Below, piece by piece: positions 23,085 through 32,000 of a stretch of DNA of 32,000 nt; within the stretch, counting starts at the first letter, position 1; each line of letters starts with the position of its first letter. A program made the position numbers and the translations under genes. The DNA comes from Pseudanabaena sp. (GTDB taxonomy: Bacteria > Cyanobacteriota > Cyanobacteriia > Pseudanabaenales > Pseudanabaenaceae), in assembly GCA_044350865.1 (NCBI GenBank), contig JBILGV010000024.1, positions 1 to 32,000 on the forward strand, read 5' to 3'. Below the pieces are notes generated by a model. That model did not search any database and was not told the DNA's origin. It saw only the letters and a list, made by a program, of their open reading frames with translations.

Positions 23085-24146
23085 TTAAGCTTCTGTAGTT
23101 TCTTCGGCAACTTCTTCAGATACAACTTCTTCGGCAGGAATTTCAACAGGAATTTCCGCTTCTTCCATCGCATCAGGAACTTCGTATTCTTCCTCTTCAG
23201 CCGAGCCTTCAACTACTGCAACAGGAATTTCCATTACCGCAGGAGGTGCATTGAGTTGTTCGCGATATTTCGCAGCCATCTCTTCAGCCTTAGCGTAAAC
23301 CAGTTGAGGGTCTTTGACCATATCACCTGGTTCAGCTTCAAGTTGCTTGGTGGAGAGGGAAATACGTCCGCGCTCTGCATCAAGGTCGATGATCATGACC
23401 TTCACTTCGTCATTGACGTTGAACACGTTGTGAGGAGTTTCGATATGCTCGTGGGAGATTTCGGAAATGTGCAGCAAGCCACTGACACCACCGATGTCGA
23501 TAAATGCACCGTAGGGCTTGATACCGCGTACTACGCCGATGACGACTTCGCCAACTTCGAGCTTGTTCATCTTGCGCTCGACAAGGGCGCGGCGATGGCT
23601 GAGGACGAGACGGTTACGGTCTTCATCCACTTCCAAGAATTTGAGTGGCAACTCTTCGCCAACCAATTCTTCCTTGGGCTTGCGGGTGCTGATGTGAGAT
23701 CCAGGGATAAATCCGCGTAGTCCTTCGATTCTGACCAGTGCGCCACCACGGTTGGTAGCAAAAATAAGCGATCGCACAGTTGCGTCTTCTGCTTGCAACT
23801 GGCGTACACGTTCCCATGCTCTCATGTACTCGATGCGACGAATCGAAAGGGTTAGTTGTCCTTCTTCGTTTTCGTCGGCAAGAATGAAAAATTCACGGGT
23901 CTCGTTGTTTTGTAAAACTTCTTCAGGTTGATCAACGCGGTTGATCGACATTTCCTGAATCGGGATGTAGGCTGCTGTTTTTGCACCAATGTCAATAAGT
24001 GCGCCTCTGGGCTCGATGCTGAATACTGTGCCTGCAACGATGTCGCCAGGGCTGAAGTGATAATCGTATTTGTCTAAAAGTTTTGCAAAATCTTCATGAG
24101 TGAAGCCGACATTGGTAGCTGTGGCAGTTTTGGCCCGATTGATCAT
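23085..24146 (-). CDS. rpsA: 30S ribosomal protein S1 (cyanobacterial three-S1-domain form with acidic tail)
   Basis: FTHEDFAKLLDKYDYHFSPGDIVAGTVFSIEPRGALIDIGAKTAAYIP, plus two further S1 motifs (GFIPGSHIS; AFIDIGGVSGLLHISEIS). Confidence 0.92.
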   Translation of the reverse strand: MINRAKTATATNVGFTHEDFAKLLDKYDYHFSPGDIVAGTVFSIEPRGALIDIGAKTAAYIPIQEMSINRVDQPEEVLQNNETREFFILADENEEGQLTLSIRRIEYMRAWERVRQLQAEDATVRSLIFATNRGGALVRIEGLRGFIPGSHISTRKPKEELVGEELPLKFLEVDEDRNRLVLSHRRALVERKMNKLEVGEVVIGVVRGIKPYGAFIDIGGVSGLLHISEISHEHIETPHNVFNVNDEVKVMIIDLDAERGRISLSTKQLEAEPGDMVKDPQLVYAKAEEMAAKYREQLNAPPAVMEIPVAVVEGSAEEEEYEVPDAMEEAEIPVEIPAEEVVSEEVAEETTEA

Positions 24147-24338
24147 AACTAAATTTTTCCTTGTTCCTGTTTTGAATTTATCTGGTTTCCTCCCAGAAAT
24201 GTAAGAGCATTAGCCACTAAAGCTTGTTGCGGTTTACATCCTACGCCTATTAATGTTGTTAATATTTTATTGATATTTAGTAAAATGTATAGGCATAGGT
24301 TTGCAATCATAGCATATTAAAACTGAATCAAGGAAGTG

Positions 24339-25706
24339 TTAGCAAATATTTTTTTGTAACTTCACCATAAAAAAGCCATCCATGTTATGCACATGGGGCA
24401 GAACTTTAACCCATCCCCGATCGCTTGCAAAGTGAGCCGCAGGGTTATCGGCATCGGGCGGGACAATTTGCCAATCGGGATGATTTGATAAAAACTGGGT
24501 GATTACTTCTTCGTTTTCGGCGGGATGCAACGTGCAAGTACTGTACACAATTACGCCTTCAGGTTTTACCCATGTCGTAGCGCGATCGAGAATTTCGGCT
24601 TGAGTTTTCGCTAATTTATAGGGTTCATCAGGAGTTTGTCGCCAACGTGCATCCGCATGACGATGTAATGTTCCTAAGCCTGAGCAAGGCACATCTAATA
24701 AAACGCGATCGCATTTAGAATTTACCGAACTTTCAGGCAGTCCCGTAAATTCCCGCGCATCAATTTCAATGGTCTCAACATTGCTAATCCCCAAACGCGC
24801 TGTGTTTTGATCAACTTTTTTAAGGCGACTGGCTAGGCGATCAAGGGCGTAAACTTTTCCCGTATTTTTAAGGCGATCGCTGATATGTGTAGTCTTTCCC
24901 CCAGGAGCAGCGCAAGCATCAATAATGATCTCATTGGGCTGGGGATCAAGTAAATAGGTGACTAATTGAGCGCTTGCATCTTGAACCGACCACCAACCCT
25001 CTTTAAATTTCGGTAATTTACTGACATCGCCAGCACCTTGCCCCACGCGAATACCATCGGGTAAATAGGGAATTGGCGCAGCTTCTATTTCAGCTTCAGC
25101 AAAGGCTGCTAGAACTTGATCCCGCGTTGCATGTAAAAGGTTTACTCGTAAATCGAGATGGGGCGTTTGATTAAACCAATTGCAAATATCCGCGATCGCT
25201 TCTTGCCCAAATTCTTTTTGCCATAACTCGATTAACCATTCTGGATAACTATAATAGTTAGAAGGATCAGCAATATTTGCCAGCAAATCCCCCTTGTCTT
25301 TAGCTCTGAGTATAGATCGCATCACCCCATTTACAAATCCAGACAAACCCTTGAGATTATTCTCTTTGACCAACTCTACAGTGGTATGCACGATCGCTGA
25401 TGGCTTAATGCGATCAAGAAAACATAGCTGATAGACACCAATCTGTAAGATTATTAATATATCTGGCGGTAACTTAGTGATCGGTTTTTGTAAAAAGTTT
25501 TGCAAAACTGCGTCCAAGGTCTTCTGGCGGCGCGTGCATCCATAGACTAATTCGGTGATCAGACGGCGATCGCTTTCTGGGAGAATTACCTCATCTTGTC
25601 GCGATCGTGAAAGCGTGCAGTCTAGCGCAACATCTGCGTAAGCCTTGCGCCTTTGGATCAATCGAAGGGTTTCTAAGGCAATCTGTCGAGAATTTTTATT
25701 CGTCAT
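24339..25706 (-). CDS. rsmB: 16S rRNA (cytosine967-C5)-methyltransferase
   Basis: NusB-like N-terminal domain, SAM motif DACAAPGGKT, and catalytic cysteines in DVPCSGLGT and VYSTCTL. Confidence 0.88.
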   Translation of the reverse strand: MTNKNSRQIALETLRLIQRRKAYADVALDCTLSRSRQDEVILPESDRRLITELVYGCTRRQKTLDAVLQNFLQKPITKLPPDILIILQIGVYQLCFLDRIKPSAIVHTTVELVKENNLKGLSGFVNGVMRSILRAKDKGDLLANIADPSNYYSYPEWLIELWQKEFGQEAIADICNWFNQTPHLDLRVNLLHATRDQVLAAFAEAEIEAAPIPYLPDGIRVGQGAGDVSKLPKFKEGWWSVQDASAQLVTYLLDPQPNEIIIDACAAPGGKTTHISDRLKNTGKVYALDRLASRLKKVDQNTARLGISNVETIEIDAREFTGLPESSVNSKCDRVLLDVPCSGLGTLHRHADARWRQTPDEPYKLAKTQAEILDRATTWVKPEGVIVYSTCTLHPAENEEVITQFLSNHPDWQIVPPDADNPAAHFASDRGWVKVLPHVHNMDGFFMVKLQKNIC

Positions 25707-25939
25707 CGGCGATGTTCTTTAACGTGAACTTAATGTTAGTTAGCCTAGCTAATTAGTAAAATTGCATGTGGAAATTACTGAATTAGCAAAATTAAATGAT
25801 TGCACAGTAGACAAGTGCGACCATTATTTGGTATCTAAGAGCGTAGATTGAGATGATTTTTAATCATCTGTTACAAAGCTGTAAAAAAGCTTACTATCTA
25901 AAACAAGTGTGGTGATTACTGTGGGTGTGAGGAGCGGCA

Positions 25940-27040
25940 ATGGTTGATACTGGTGTGAGAGTCAGGAAAGCGAAATTCTCGTCTGGGAGTACCCTAGCAC
26001 TTGGATTAGCGATCAGTTTAATAAGTTTAATAGTTGGTGTCGATCTTTTCCTACATCCGAACATAAGTTCTGGTCTATTACTGCCCTTTACCTTCGGTGC
26101 TGGTGGGGTGGCTATACTGGGGAATTTTGCAGTACCAGTTTTACGACGACTTAAGGCTGGACAGATCATCCGCGAAGATGGTCCCCAAGCGCATCTCAAG
26201 AAGCAAGGCACGCCCACGATGGGGGGGATATTCATTATACCTGTCGGGATTATTCTAGGGCTGGTATGGTCAGGATTTAATGACAAAGTTATAGCTTGTA
26301 GTTTACTGACTCTTTCCTTTGCTTTCATCGGCTGGTTGGATGATTGGAAAATTTTACGCCGCCACTCCAATAAAGGTTTATCTCCACGCTCAAAGCTTTT
26401 ACTCCAAGCTTTATTTTCGGCAGCTTTCTGTGGCTGGTTAGCTTTAACTCAAAACTGGCAAGCGATCGCTACTGTCAATTTACCTCTACATTATGCGCTC
26501 CCACTTGGCTTATTGTTTTTTCCCCTTGCGTTGTTTGTATTTCTCGGCAGCAGCAATGCGACTAATCTCACCGATGGTTTAGATGGTCTGGCGGGTGGTA
26601 CTGGGGCGATCGCTCTATTCGGGATGGCAATTTTGCTATTTCCGCAGAATAAAGAATTAGCAATTTTCTGTATGTGTCTCAGTGGTAGCTATTTAGGTTT
26701 CCTTTGGCACAATCGCTATCCTGCTCGTGTATTTATGGGTGATACGGGATCACTAGCTTTGGGTGGAGCGCTTGCTTCAACGGCGATTCTAGGAAATTTA
26801 CTTTGGGCTTTTGCCATTATTGGTGCAATCTTTGTCTGGGAATCGATTTCGGTGATTGCACAGGTCAGCTATTACAAAGCCACTAAAGATGAAACTGGTA
26901 TGGGTAAACGTCTATTCAGAATGGCTCCTTTTCACCACCATTTAGAGTTAAGCGGCTGGCATGAGTTACATGTAGTCAGAGCTTTTTATCTAACTGGTGT
27001 TTTCTTAGTAGGGCTGGCTATTTTGATTAGCAAACTCTAG
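25940..27040 (+). CDS. mraY: Phospho-N-acetylmuramoyl-pentapeptide transferase
   Basis: KKQGTPTMGG, NATNLTDGLDGLA, MGDTGSLALGG and APFHHHLE. GAGGAG lies upstream of the ATG. Confidence 0.92.
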   Translation: MVDTGVRVRKAKFSSGSTLALGLAISLISLIVGVDLFLHPNISSGLLLPFTFGAGGVAILGNFAVPVLRRLKAGQIIREDGPQAHLKKQGTPTMGGIFIIPVGIILGLVWSGFNDKVIACSLLTLSFAFIGWLDDWKILRRHSNKGLSPRSKLLLQALFSAAFCGWLALTQNWQAIATVNLPLHYALPLGLLFFPLALFVFLGSSNATNLTDGLDGLAGGTGAIALFGMAILLFPQNKELAIFCMCLSGSYLGFLWHNRYPARVFMGDTGSLALGGALASTAILGNLLWAFAIIGAIFVWESISVIAQVSYYKATKDETGMGKRLFRMAPFHHHLELSGWHELHVVRAFYLTGVFLVGLAILISKL

Positions 27041-27092
27041 ATTTTTAGTCAAATTGTTATAAGCTAAGAAGCTGCACACCAGTAGCCCCGTC

Positions 27093-28571
27093 ATGCGTAG
27101 TAGTAGACCCCGATATTCCCCCTCTTGGCATTCCAAACGCAAATCATCGTCTTGGTTGCGAAATACTTTGCTTTTAATTTTCGTTGGCTTGCCATTGCTA
27201 TTTATCTTGGCTGAACTGATTGCACGCGGAGCAGTTTTGGCTACAGGCAGTACAAATCAACTAGCACCCAACAAAAACGTAGCGATCGCCCAATCCTATG
27301 CATTTAAATTGCAGGATGTCAACGGCAACAGCTATCCTGGCTTGCCAGATTCAGGTCGATTACAAGTGAAGCGTAGTCCCCTATTGGGCTATGAATTGAT
27401 GCCTAGCCAAAGTAGTGAATATTGGCAGATCAATGATCAAGGCTTCCGCCAAGATTCATCCGTTCCTATTGAGAAACCCCCTTCAGAAATCCGTGTATTT
27501 TTAGTGGGCGGTTCGACCGCTTTCACGAATATGGCGGAAAAAAATCAAAAAGCCCTAGCTTTTAAAATAGAAAAATTACTTAACGATCGCGTCCGCGCTC
27601 AAAATAGCAGTCCTGAAAAATTTAAACCCAAGGAAACTCCCTATTTTGCTGATCAAATTGAAGCGACCCGAATGCTACCACCCCGCATTCGCGATGGTAG
27701 TTATCGAGTAATTGCTTCCGCAGTCCCTGGTTATAGCTCTGGCAATGAACTCGCCTTGCTTGCCCATAAGGTCATGGCTTATAGCCCTAATGCGTTGATC
27801 ATCCTTGATGGCTATGAGGATTTGCGATCGCCTAGTAATCAGACTGCGCGTGAAATCGGGAATGTAGAGCAGATGCTGCGTGATCCGATCGCCCAATATC
27901 GCCAACATCAAGCCCAGCAGTTTAACAACTGGACAAATTCTTTGTATTTGGTCAAGGCTTGGCAAAAGTGGGTAGTTCCCGCCGATATCACCACATTTAG
28001 CTCGGAATATCAAATTTTTAGCGCTGATCAACTGAGCAAAGATCCCAAGGAAGTTCAAGCAAGAGTAGATCGTTATCTGTATAACGCTCGGCAAATGAAT
28101 CGCTTGGCGGCTGATATTCCCACTTTAATCGTGTTGCAACCTGAGATCACAGGCAAACAAAAATCTTTAACCAAAGAAGAGGATGGCATTGTCAAGTCTC
28201 TGGGCAAAGATTATAGCGATCGCGCCATGAATGCTTACAAGATCGCTGATAAGACTTTAAGCACTGGGTTAACCACCGCTAAATTCATCAATTTCTATCA
28301 ACTATTTCAAGACTCTAATCAACAAGCCTTTATCGATCCGATCCATCTCACTGAAGGCGCTAATGAAATAGTTGCCCAAAAATTGTACGAAAGTATTGAG
28401 GGGCTATTTTCCGTACAACCGATTCAAAATTCGCAAAATAGCGAAGTCGGAGTACCACCAACATCGCCGATAGCCGTGCAGCCAACACCCCAGCCTGTAG
28501 CTACTCCCGAAGCAATCAGCAAGCCTCCCGCAAGTCTTTCGGAGACACTGCAACGTGTCCAAGGTCAATAG
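27093..28571 (+). CDS. Membrane-anchored SGNH/GDSL-like hydrolase-family protein with proline-rich C-terminus
   Basis: N-terminal TM helix. Block-I-like VFLVGGSTAF and block-V-like DPIHLTEGAN (DxxH). Assignment is by motifs only. Confidence 0.5.
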   Translation: MRSSRPRYSPSWHSKRKSSSWLRNTLLLIFVGLPLLFILAELIARGAVLATGSTNQLAPNKNVAIAQSYAFKLQDVNGNSYPGLPDSGRLQVKRSPLLGYELMPSQSSEYWQINDQGFRQDSSVPIEKPPSEIRVFLVGGSTAFTNMAEKNQKALAFKIEKLLNDRVRAQNSSPEKFKPKETPYFADQIEATRMLPPRIRDGSYRVIASAVPGYSSGNELALLAHKVMAYSPNALIILDGYEDLRSPSNQTAREIGNVEQMLRDPIAQYRQHQAQQFNNWTNSLYLVKAWQKWVVPADITTFSSEYQIFSADQLSKDPKEVQARVDRYLYNARQMNRLAADIPTLIVLQPEITGKQKSLTKEEDGIVKSLGKDYSDRAMNAYKIADKTLSTGLTTAKFINFYQLFQDSNQQAFIDPIHLTEGANEIVAQKLYESIEGLFSVQPIQNSQNSEVGVPPTSPIAVQPTPQPVATPEAISKPPASLSETLQRVQGQ

Positions 28572-28615
28572 AAGAACTAGTGAAATGAGCTAAGCTTGCT
28601 TCACTAATTCTTCTA
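28569..28615 (+). other. Long hairpin starting at the stop codon of 27093-28571
   Basis: TAGAAGAACTAGTGAA pairs with TTCACTAATTCTTCTA (16-bp stem, 1 mismatch, 15-nt loop). No clear T-tract follows, so its role (terminator or processing site) is uncertain. Confidence 0.4.
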
Positions 28616-28730
28616 TCAAATGAGTCCCAATACGAAAACCAAGCTAAAGGGACTTGCTACGAGAAAAAATATGGGTCTTAGTTCGCGATCCAAAGTAAAC
28701 TATTCAATTAGTGAGTTTTAATAAATCTTT

Positions 28731-28829
28731 ATGGTAGAACCAATTTTGTCGGGCATTTGCCTTGGTCTTATTTTCATTACCCTTGGTGGATTATTCTTTG
28801 CTGCTTACCAGCAATATCGTCGAGTTTAA
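28731..28829 (+). CDS. petG: Cytochrome b6-f complex subunit 5 (PetG)
   Basis: The 32-aa [35 protein letters not shown] closely matches the conserved PetG sequence (MVEPLLSGIVLGL...AAY.QYRR). It is absent from the ORF track because it is short, and a strong terminator follows it. Confidence 0.85.
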   Translation: MVEPILSGICLGLIFITLGGLFFAAYQQYRRV

Positions 28830-28833
28830 CAAC

Positions 28834-28861
28834 AAAAAGGGGCGCTTTGCGCCCCTTTTTT
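28834..28861. terminator. Bidirectional intrinsic terminator
   Basis: A5-GGGGCGC-TTT-GCGCCCC-T6, located between petG (+) and the convergent gene 28863-29186 (-). Confidence 0.8.
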
Positions 28862-28862
28862 G

Positions 28863-29186
28863 TTATTCCTCAGGCTGATCTAAGTACCGACAAATTTCAT
28901 TGATTTTCATCCGATAAATATGTGGCCATCCACCATTCGTCTCAATGTCACGCAGGAGATTAAATAATTCATGCCGACTGGTTGGTAAAGCGGGTTGAAA
29001 TAAATCGTCTCTAATCCTCTTGTGAACTGAGTCTAAGACCCTCAAAATTTTCAAAAGCCTAACTGCATCGTCTTGTTGACTCTCCGCAAATTGCCATAGG
29101 CGATCAGTGATCGCCTCAAGCTCAGATAAATCAGAAATTTTTTCCTGTTGCAATGGTTTCTGTGATGGGATTTCTGTTTGTGCCAA
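28863..29186 (-). CDS. Hypothetical protein
   Basis: 107-aa ORF with only a TTG start available. No family recognised. Confidence 0.4.
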   Translation of the reverse strand: MAQTEIPSQKPLQQEKISDLSELEAITDRLWQFAESQQDDAVRLLKILRVLDSVHKRIRDDLFQPALPTSRHELFNLLRDIETNGGWPHIYRMKINEICRYLDQPEE

Positions 29187-29411
29187 GCTAAGTACCCTCG
29201 TGCGCGATAATATGGTGATTGGAATTTTACAGATTAAGTCTTTAGAAATCTGGTCTCTATGGCTAGTCTAAATTACACCAAACCCCTTAACGATCTCAAT
29301 TTAAAATCCAAAACTAGATCGTATTTTTGACGGTGCTAGGAAAAGTCGCCTAAAGCAGTGCTTATCCTAACTCTAAAATACTACTCATTAAAAATTAAGA
29401 AGAGGTTATTT

Positions 29412-30254
29412 ATGAAATTTCGTAGTTTTACGAAAGCAATTTTTACATTGTGTATCAGTCTCTGCATGTTAGTAGCAAGTAATTTGTTTACAGGTACTGC
29501 GATCGCTGGCACTCAAGGCTTGACTTACGATCAAATCGTTAATACTGGTTTGGCAAACAAATGTCCTGATATCTTGGGATCTTCTCGCGGCGGTCGTAAC
29601 TTTATTCCATTGGGCGCTGGCGAAACTGCTAAAATCACGGAGCTTTGTTTAGAGCCGACATCTTTCTTTGTTAAAGAAGAAGCATCTAATAACAAGCGAA
29701 AAAAAGCTGGATTTGTCGCCAGTAAACTTTTGACTCGTTCGACTTCTAGCCTTGACTTTGTAAAAGCTACGGTGACAGGTAATAGTGATGGCAGTCTCTC
29801 CTTGGTGGAAACCGATGGTCTAGATTACCAACCAATCACAGTCAAAATGCCTGGTGGTGAGCTAGTTGCTATTTTGTTCACAATCAAGGGTTTCAAAGCT
29901 ACTACTACTCCTGGTGTCAATGGCATCACGACATCGGTTGATTTTGTTGGTTCCACCAAAGTTCCTACCTATCGCGGTTCTGGATTTATCGATCCTAAAG
30001 GTCGTGGTCTAGCGATCGGTTATGACTCGGCTGAAGCTTTACCTGCAAAGCGTAACTCCTTCGATAACCGCAGCATTAAGGATGATTCCACTTCCAAAGG
30101 TACTCTATCTTTGCAAGTTGCTAAGTTGAATGCTGACACTGGTGAAATCGCTGGTACTTTTGAGAGTGAACAAACCTCTGATAATGACCTTGGTGGTGTT
30201 AAACCCAAGGAAGTAATCATTCGTGGCGTGTTCTACGGCAAAGTTAACGCTTAA
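29412..30254 (+). CDS. psbO: Photosystem II manganese-stabilising protein PsbO
   Basis: Signal peptide MKFRSFTKAIFTLCISLCMLVASN...AIAG, followed by the mature N-terminus LTYDQIVNTGLANKCP that is characteristic of PsbO. The ATG at 29412 is preceded by AAGAAGAGG. The track ORF begins at an upstream in-frame GTG (29358), which I consider unlikely. Confidence 0.9.
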   Translation: MKFRSFTKAIFTLCISLCMLVASNLFTGTAIAGTQGLTYDQIVNTGLANKCPDILGSSRGGRNFIPLGAGETAKITELCLEPTSFFVKEEASNNKRKKAGFVASKLLTRSTSSLDFVKATVTGNSDGSLSLVETDGLDYQPITVKMPGGELVAILFTIKGFKATTTPGVNGITTSVDFVGSTKVPTYRGSGFIDPKGRGLAIGYDSAEALPAKRNSFDNRSIKDDSTSKGTLSLQVAKLNADTGEIAGTFESEQTSDNDLGGVKPKEVIIRGVFYGKVNA

Positions 30255-30262
30255 GTTTAAAC

Positions 30263-30305
30263 ACAAAAAAAAGGTTGCAGCGCAAAGCGCTACAACCTTT
30301 TTTTA
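30263..30305. terminator. Bidirectional intrinsic terminator between psbO and the convergent gene
   Basis: A-run, then AAGGTTGCAGCGC / GCGCTACAACCTT (13-bp stem, one mismatch, AAA loop), then a T-run. Confidence 0.75.
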
Positions 30306-31367
30306 ATTAGATTTGTTTGCTAAAAAGTCTAGTAAACGGCGGGAAATTAACTCGCGGCTACCCATTCTGCGTCCCAGTTCTTTTTCTAAAGCCCCAACTG
30401 GCGTAAGATTTTGTGGCGCACGCGGATCTCTGGTGGGATGCGATGCATATTGCGGAATTAAGTATGTACTTTGATCGGCGATCGCTTTAGCCCGATCAAT
30501 TGCGAGTTCACCACCAACATCGATGCGAATAATCCCATGCAGGTCATGATAACCGAGGCGTTTGTAATTTAACTCACTACTGCCCGATCGCAAATACCAA
30601 CTGAGATTAGATCCATGCGTATTGGAAATCCGAAAAATAGGCGTGCGTTCTCCTACTTTTAGCGATCGCAAAATTTGAGCATTTTCACCTTTTAAATAAG
30701 CCTTACCCATCGTTTTCACATAGCCAATTGTGTCGTAGGGGGTTTGATAAACCCGATATAGCAAAGGGCCATCCCGCACAATCAGCGCATTTTCTTGGAT
30801 TAATTCTTTATCTAAAGAAAGCTGGTTGGCAATTCGCAATTCTTCGTCAAGCATGGCACTCTGCACGATTTGTGATGGCGTATCTGGCTCATTATTGCTA
30901 CTGGTCAGACAATTATCATATTTTAAATCGCCCCTACCACTCATCGGACAAGGAATTACCGTTACAGGAGCCGCCAAATTTCCGCCTAAGGCAATAATCC
31001 GCTTAACCTCAGTCGCTATACATTTTGCTCTACTAATTTTTCTGTCAACTAATACCGCACCAACAGCGATCGTGGCAAAGGCTCCATACATAATTTCATC
31101 ATCTCTTCTCCCCAAAAACTTAGCATCAAGACGCAATCTACCATCAATAAACAAAATTTGATTGGGAAGGTCAGGGGCGATCGCGGTGCGGATAGGCTGC
31201 CATGAGCCATTAGCGATTTCAAACTCTGTATTTACTTTGTCAGTACTAGGAATCTCTTCAGGGTTAATGCTTACGGGAGCATCATAACCAATATTCCAAG
31301 GTTCTAAGCGAATATTATATTCACTCCAAAAGCTGTCGGTGAGAGTGTTTGAGATGGTTTCGATCAT
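30303..31367 (-). CDS. Hypothetical protein, possibly NurA-like (RNase H-fold) nuclease domain
   Basis: ILFIDGRLRLD, ALIVRDGPLLY, GYVKTMGKAYL, SWYLRSG and GIIRIDV resemble the D-G / RDG-L / VK...YL / YLR / R-h-E-h blocks I recall for the NurA domain. No HerA-like ATPase is adjacent. Confidence 0.4.
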   Translation of the reverse strand: MIETISNTLTDSFWSEYNIRLEPWNIGYDAPVSINPEEIPSTDKVNTEFEIANGSWQPIRTAIAPDLPNQILFIDGRLRLDAKFLGRRDDEIMYGAFATIAVGAVLVDRKISRAKCIATEVKRIIALGGNLAAPVTVIPCPMSGRGDLKYDNCLTSSNNEPDTPSQIVQSAMLDEELRIANQLSLDKELIQENALIVRDGPLLYRVYQTPYDTIGYVKTMGKAYLKGENAQILRSLKVGERTPIFRISNTHGSNLSWYLRSGSSELNYKRLGYHDLHGIIRIDVGGELAIDRAKAIADQSTYLIPQYASHPTRDPRAPQNLTPVGALEKELGRRMGSRELISRRLLDFLANKSN

Positions 31368-31494
31368 AATTATCTAAATATACAAGTTCAAAAAATAAGT
31401 TTTCACAAAGCTGAATCACTAAGACTCTCTAGGTTTTATGAGCCAGATATGCGATGATTTGTAAGGTCATCGAACTTAACTCCGAGGTTCTCCT

Positions 31495-32000
31495 ATGCCG
31501 AAAGCGATCGCCGAAGTAGAAACTTTTCTTAAGAAAAAGCTGCTTGGCTCAACAGATTTATCTGCTTCCGAGAAAATTCTCATTAAAAAAGGGCAGACTT
31601 TTTATGTTACTGAATATAGCCCAGACCGTAATCAGCATCTTGCCCTCACCCTAGCTTCTCCTTTTACGGCTCTGGATGGCAAAAGCCAATTGCAAAAGGT
31701 CTATGCTTATGATCCCCATATCACCATTGAGGGAGAGAATCTCAATAAGGTAATTAAGCTCCCAGTCAAATATGCTTGTCAACTAGATAATGACGAGGCA
31801 ATTTTTGGTCCTGGTTGGCGGCAGTGCAATACGACTAGCAATACCATGCTGGCGGACTTTTTGCTAAATGGTGAATTGAGCCAAAAAGCTCAAGCACAAG
31901 GTTTTCCTGAACCAGAATCTGTGTATATGCGAATTGTGGGTAAGTACGGAGATACTACCGATCACGATGCTCAAACTTGGGCTTTAAAAGAATTGGGGAT
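31495..32000 (+). CDS. Partial CDS (3' end outside window): N-terminal SH3-like region plus C39-like/papain-like cysteine peptidase domain
   Basis: ATG at 31495 is preceded by GAGG, and the frame is open to the window end. GPGWRQCNTTSNTMLADFLL resembles the catalytic Q-C motif of peptidase_C39-like domains. Confidence 0.4.
   Translation, partial: MPKAIAEVETFLKKKLLGSTDLSASEKILIKKGQTFYVTEYSPDRNQHLALTLASPFTALDGKSQLQKVYAYDPHITIEGENLNKVIKLPVKYACQLDNDEAIFGPGWRQCNTTSNTMLADFLLNGELSQKAQAQGFPEPESVYMRIVGKYGDTTDHDAQTWALKELG

Noticed and set aside
23058-23720. 220-aa plus-strand ORF rich in F/N/R
   Set aside because: It lies entirely antisense to the well-supported rpsA gene. Its low-complexity composition mirrors the acidic tail codons of S1, and no motifs are present.
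25894-26370. 158-aa minus-strand ORF
   Set aside because: It is antisense to the 5' part of mraY, whose identity is secure. No recognisable features.
28620-28721. 33-aa basic ORF (MSPNTKTKLKGLATRKNMGLSSRSKVNYSISEF) upstream of petG
   Set aside because: No recognisable family, no RBS, and low-complexity basic composition. It is likely non-coding leader or promoter DNA for petG.
29358-29411. Upstream GTG start extending psbO by 18 codons
   Set aside because: The ATG at 29412 is preceded by a purine-rich RBS and begins a typical signal peptide. The extension adds a non-signal-like sequence.

Overview
This is a cyanobacterial chromosome segment. The HIP1 octamer GCGATCGC occurs dozens of times, and petG, psbO and cyanobacterial-type rpsA and ctpA are present. 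Core genes recognised: tyrA, rpmB, cobS, ctpA, a TrmH-family methyltransferase, rpsA, rsmB, mraY, petG and psbO. No tRNA, rRNA or CRISPR array was found. Accessory material sits in three patches. (1) 1-3200 holds the C-terminal part of a Type ISP restriction-modification gene followed by stacked toxin-antitoxin modules. (2) 6100-8160 holds a Uma2 nuclease and an Rpn-family PD-(D/E)XK putative transposase, with a perfect 316-bp tandem duplication and a relic of a receiver domain next to a large CBS-GAF-PAS histidine kinase. (3) 15700-20760 is a small islet around cobS. It contains an overlapping two-gene ABC-type ATPase + DUF4276-like (Toprim-type acidic motifs) cassette, an m5C DNA methyltransferase with a convergent small DUF559/Vsr-like nuclease, and a 5'-truncated Uma2 gene. 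The main candidate for an undescribed system is the ATPase + DUF4276-like pair (15737-17661). Its domain logic matches a split OLD/PARIS-type nuclease, and I know of no experimentally assigned function for it. This cassette, and separately the antitoxin/PIN cassette at 1343-2024, is bracketed by short diverged direct repeats that duplicate the 3' end of the upstream host gene (cobS and the Type ISP gene). Most differences between the repeat copies are synonymous. This looks like att-type integration of integrase-less cassettes at gene 3' ends. All calls come from reading motifs and repeats by eye; no searches were run.
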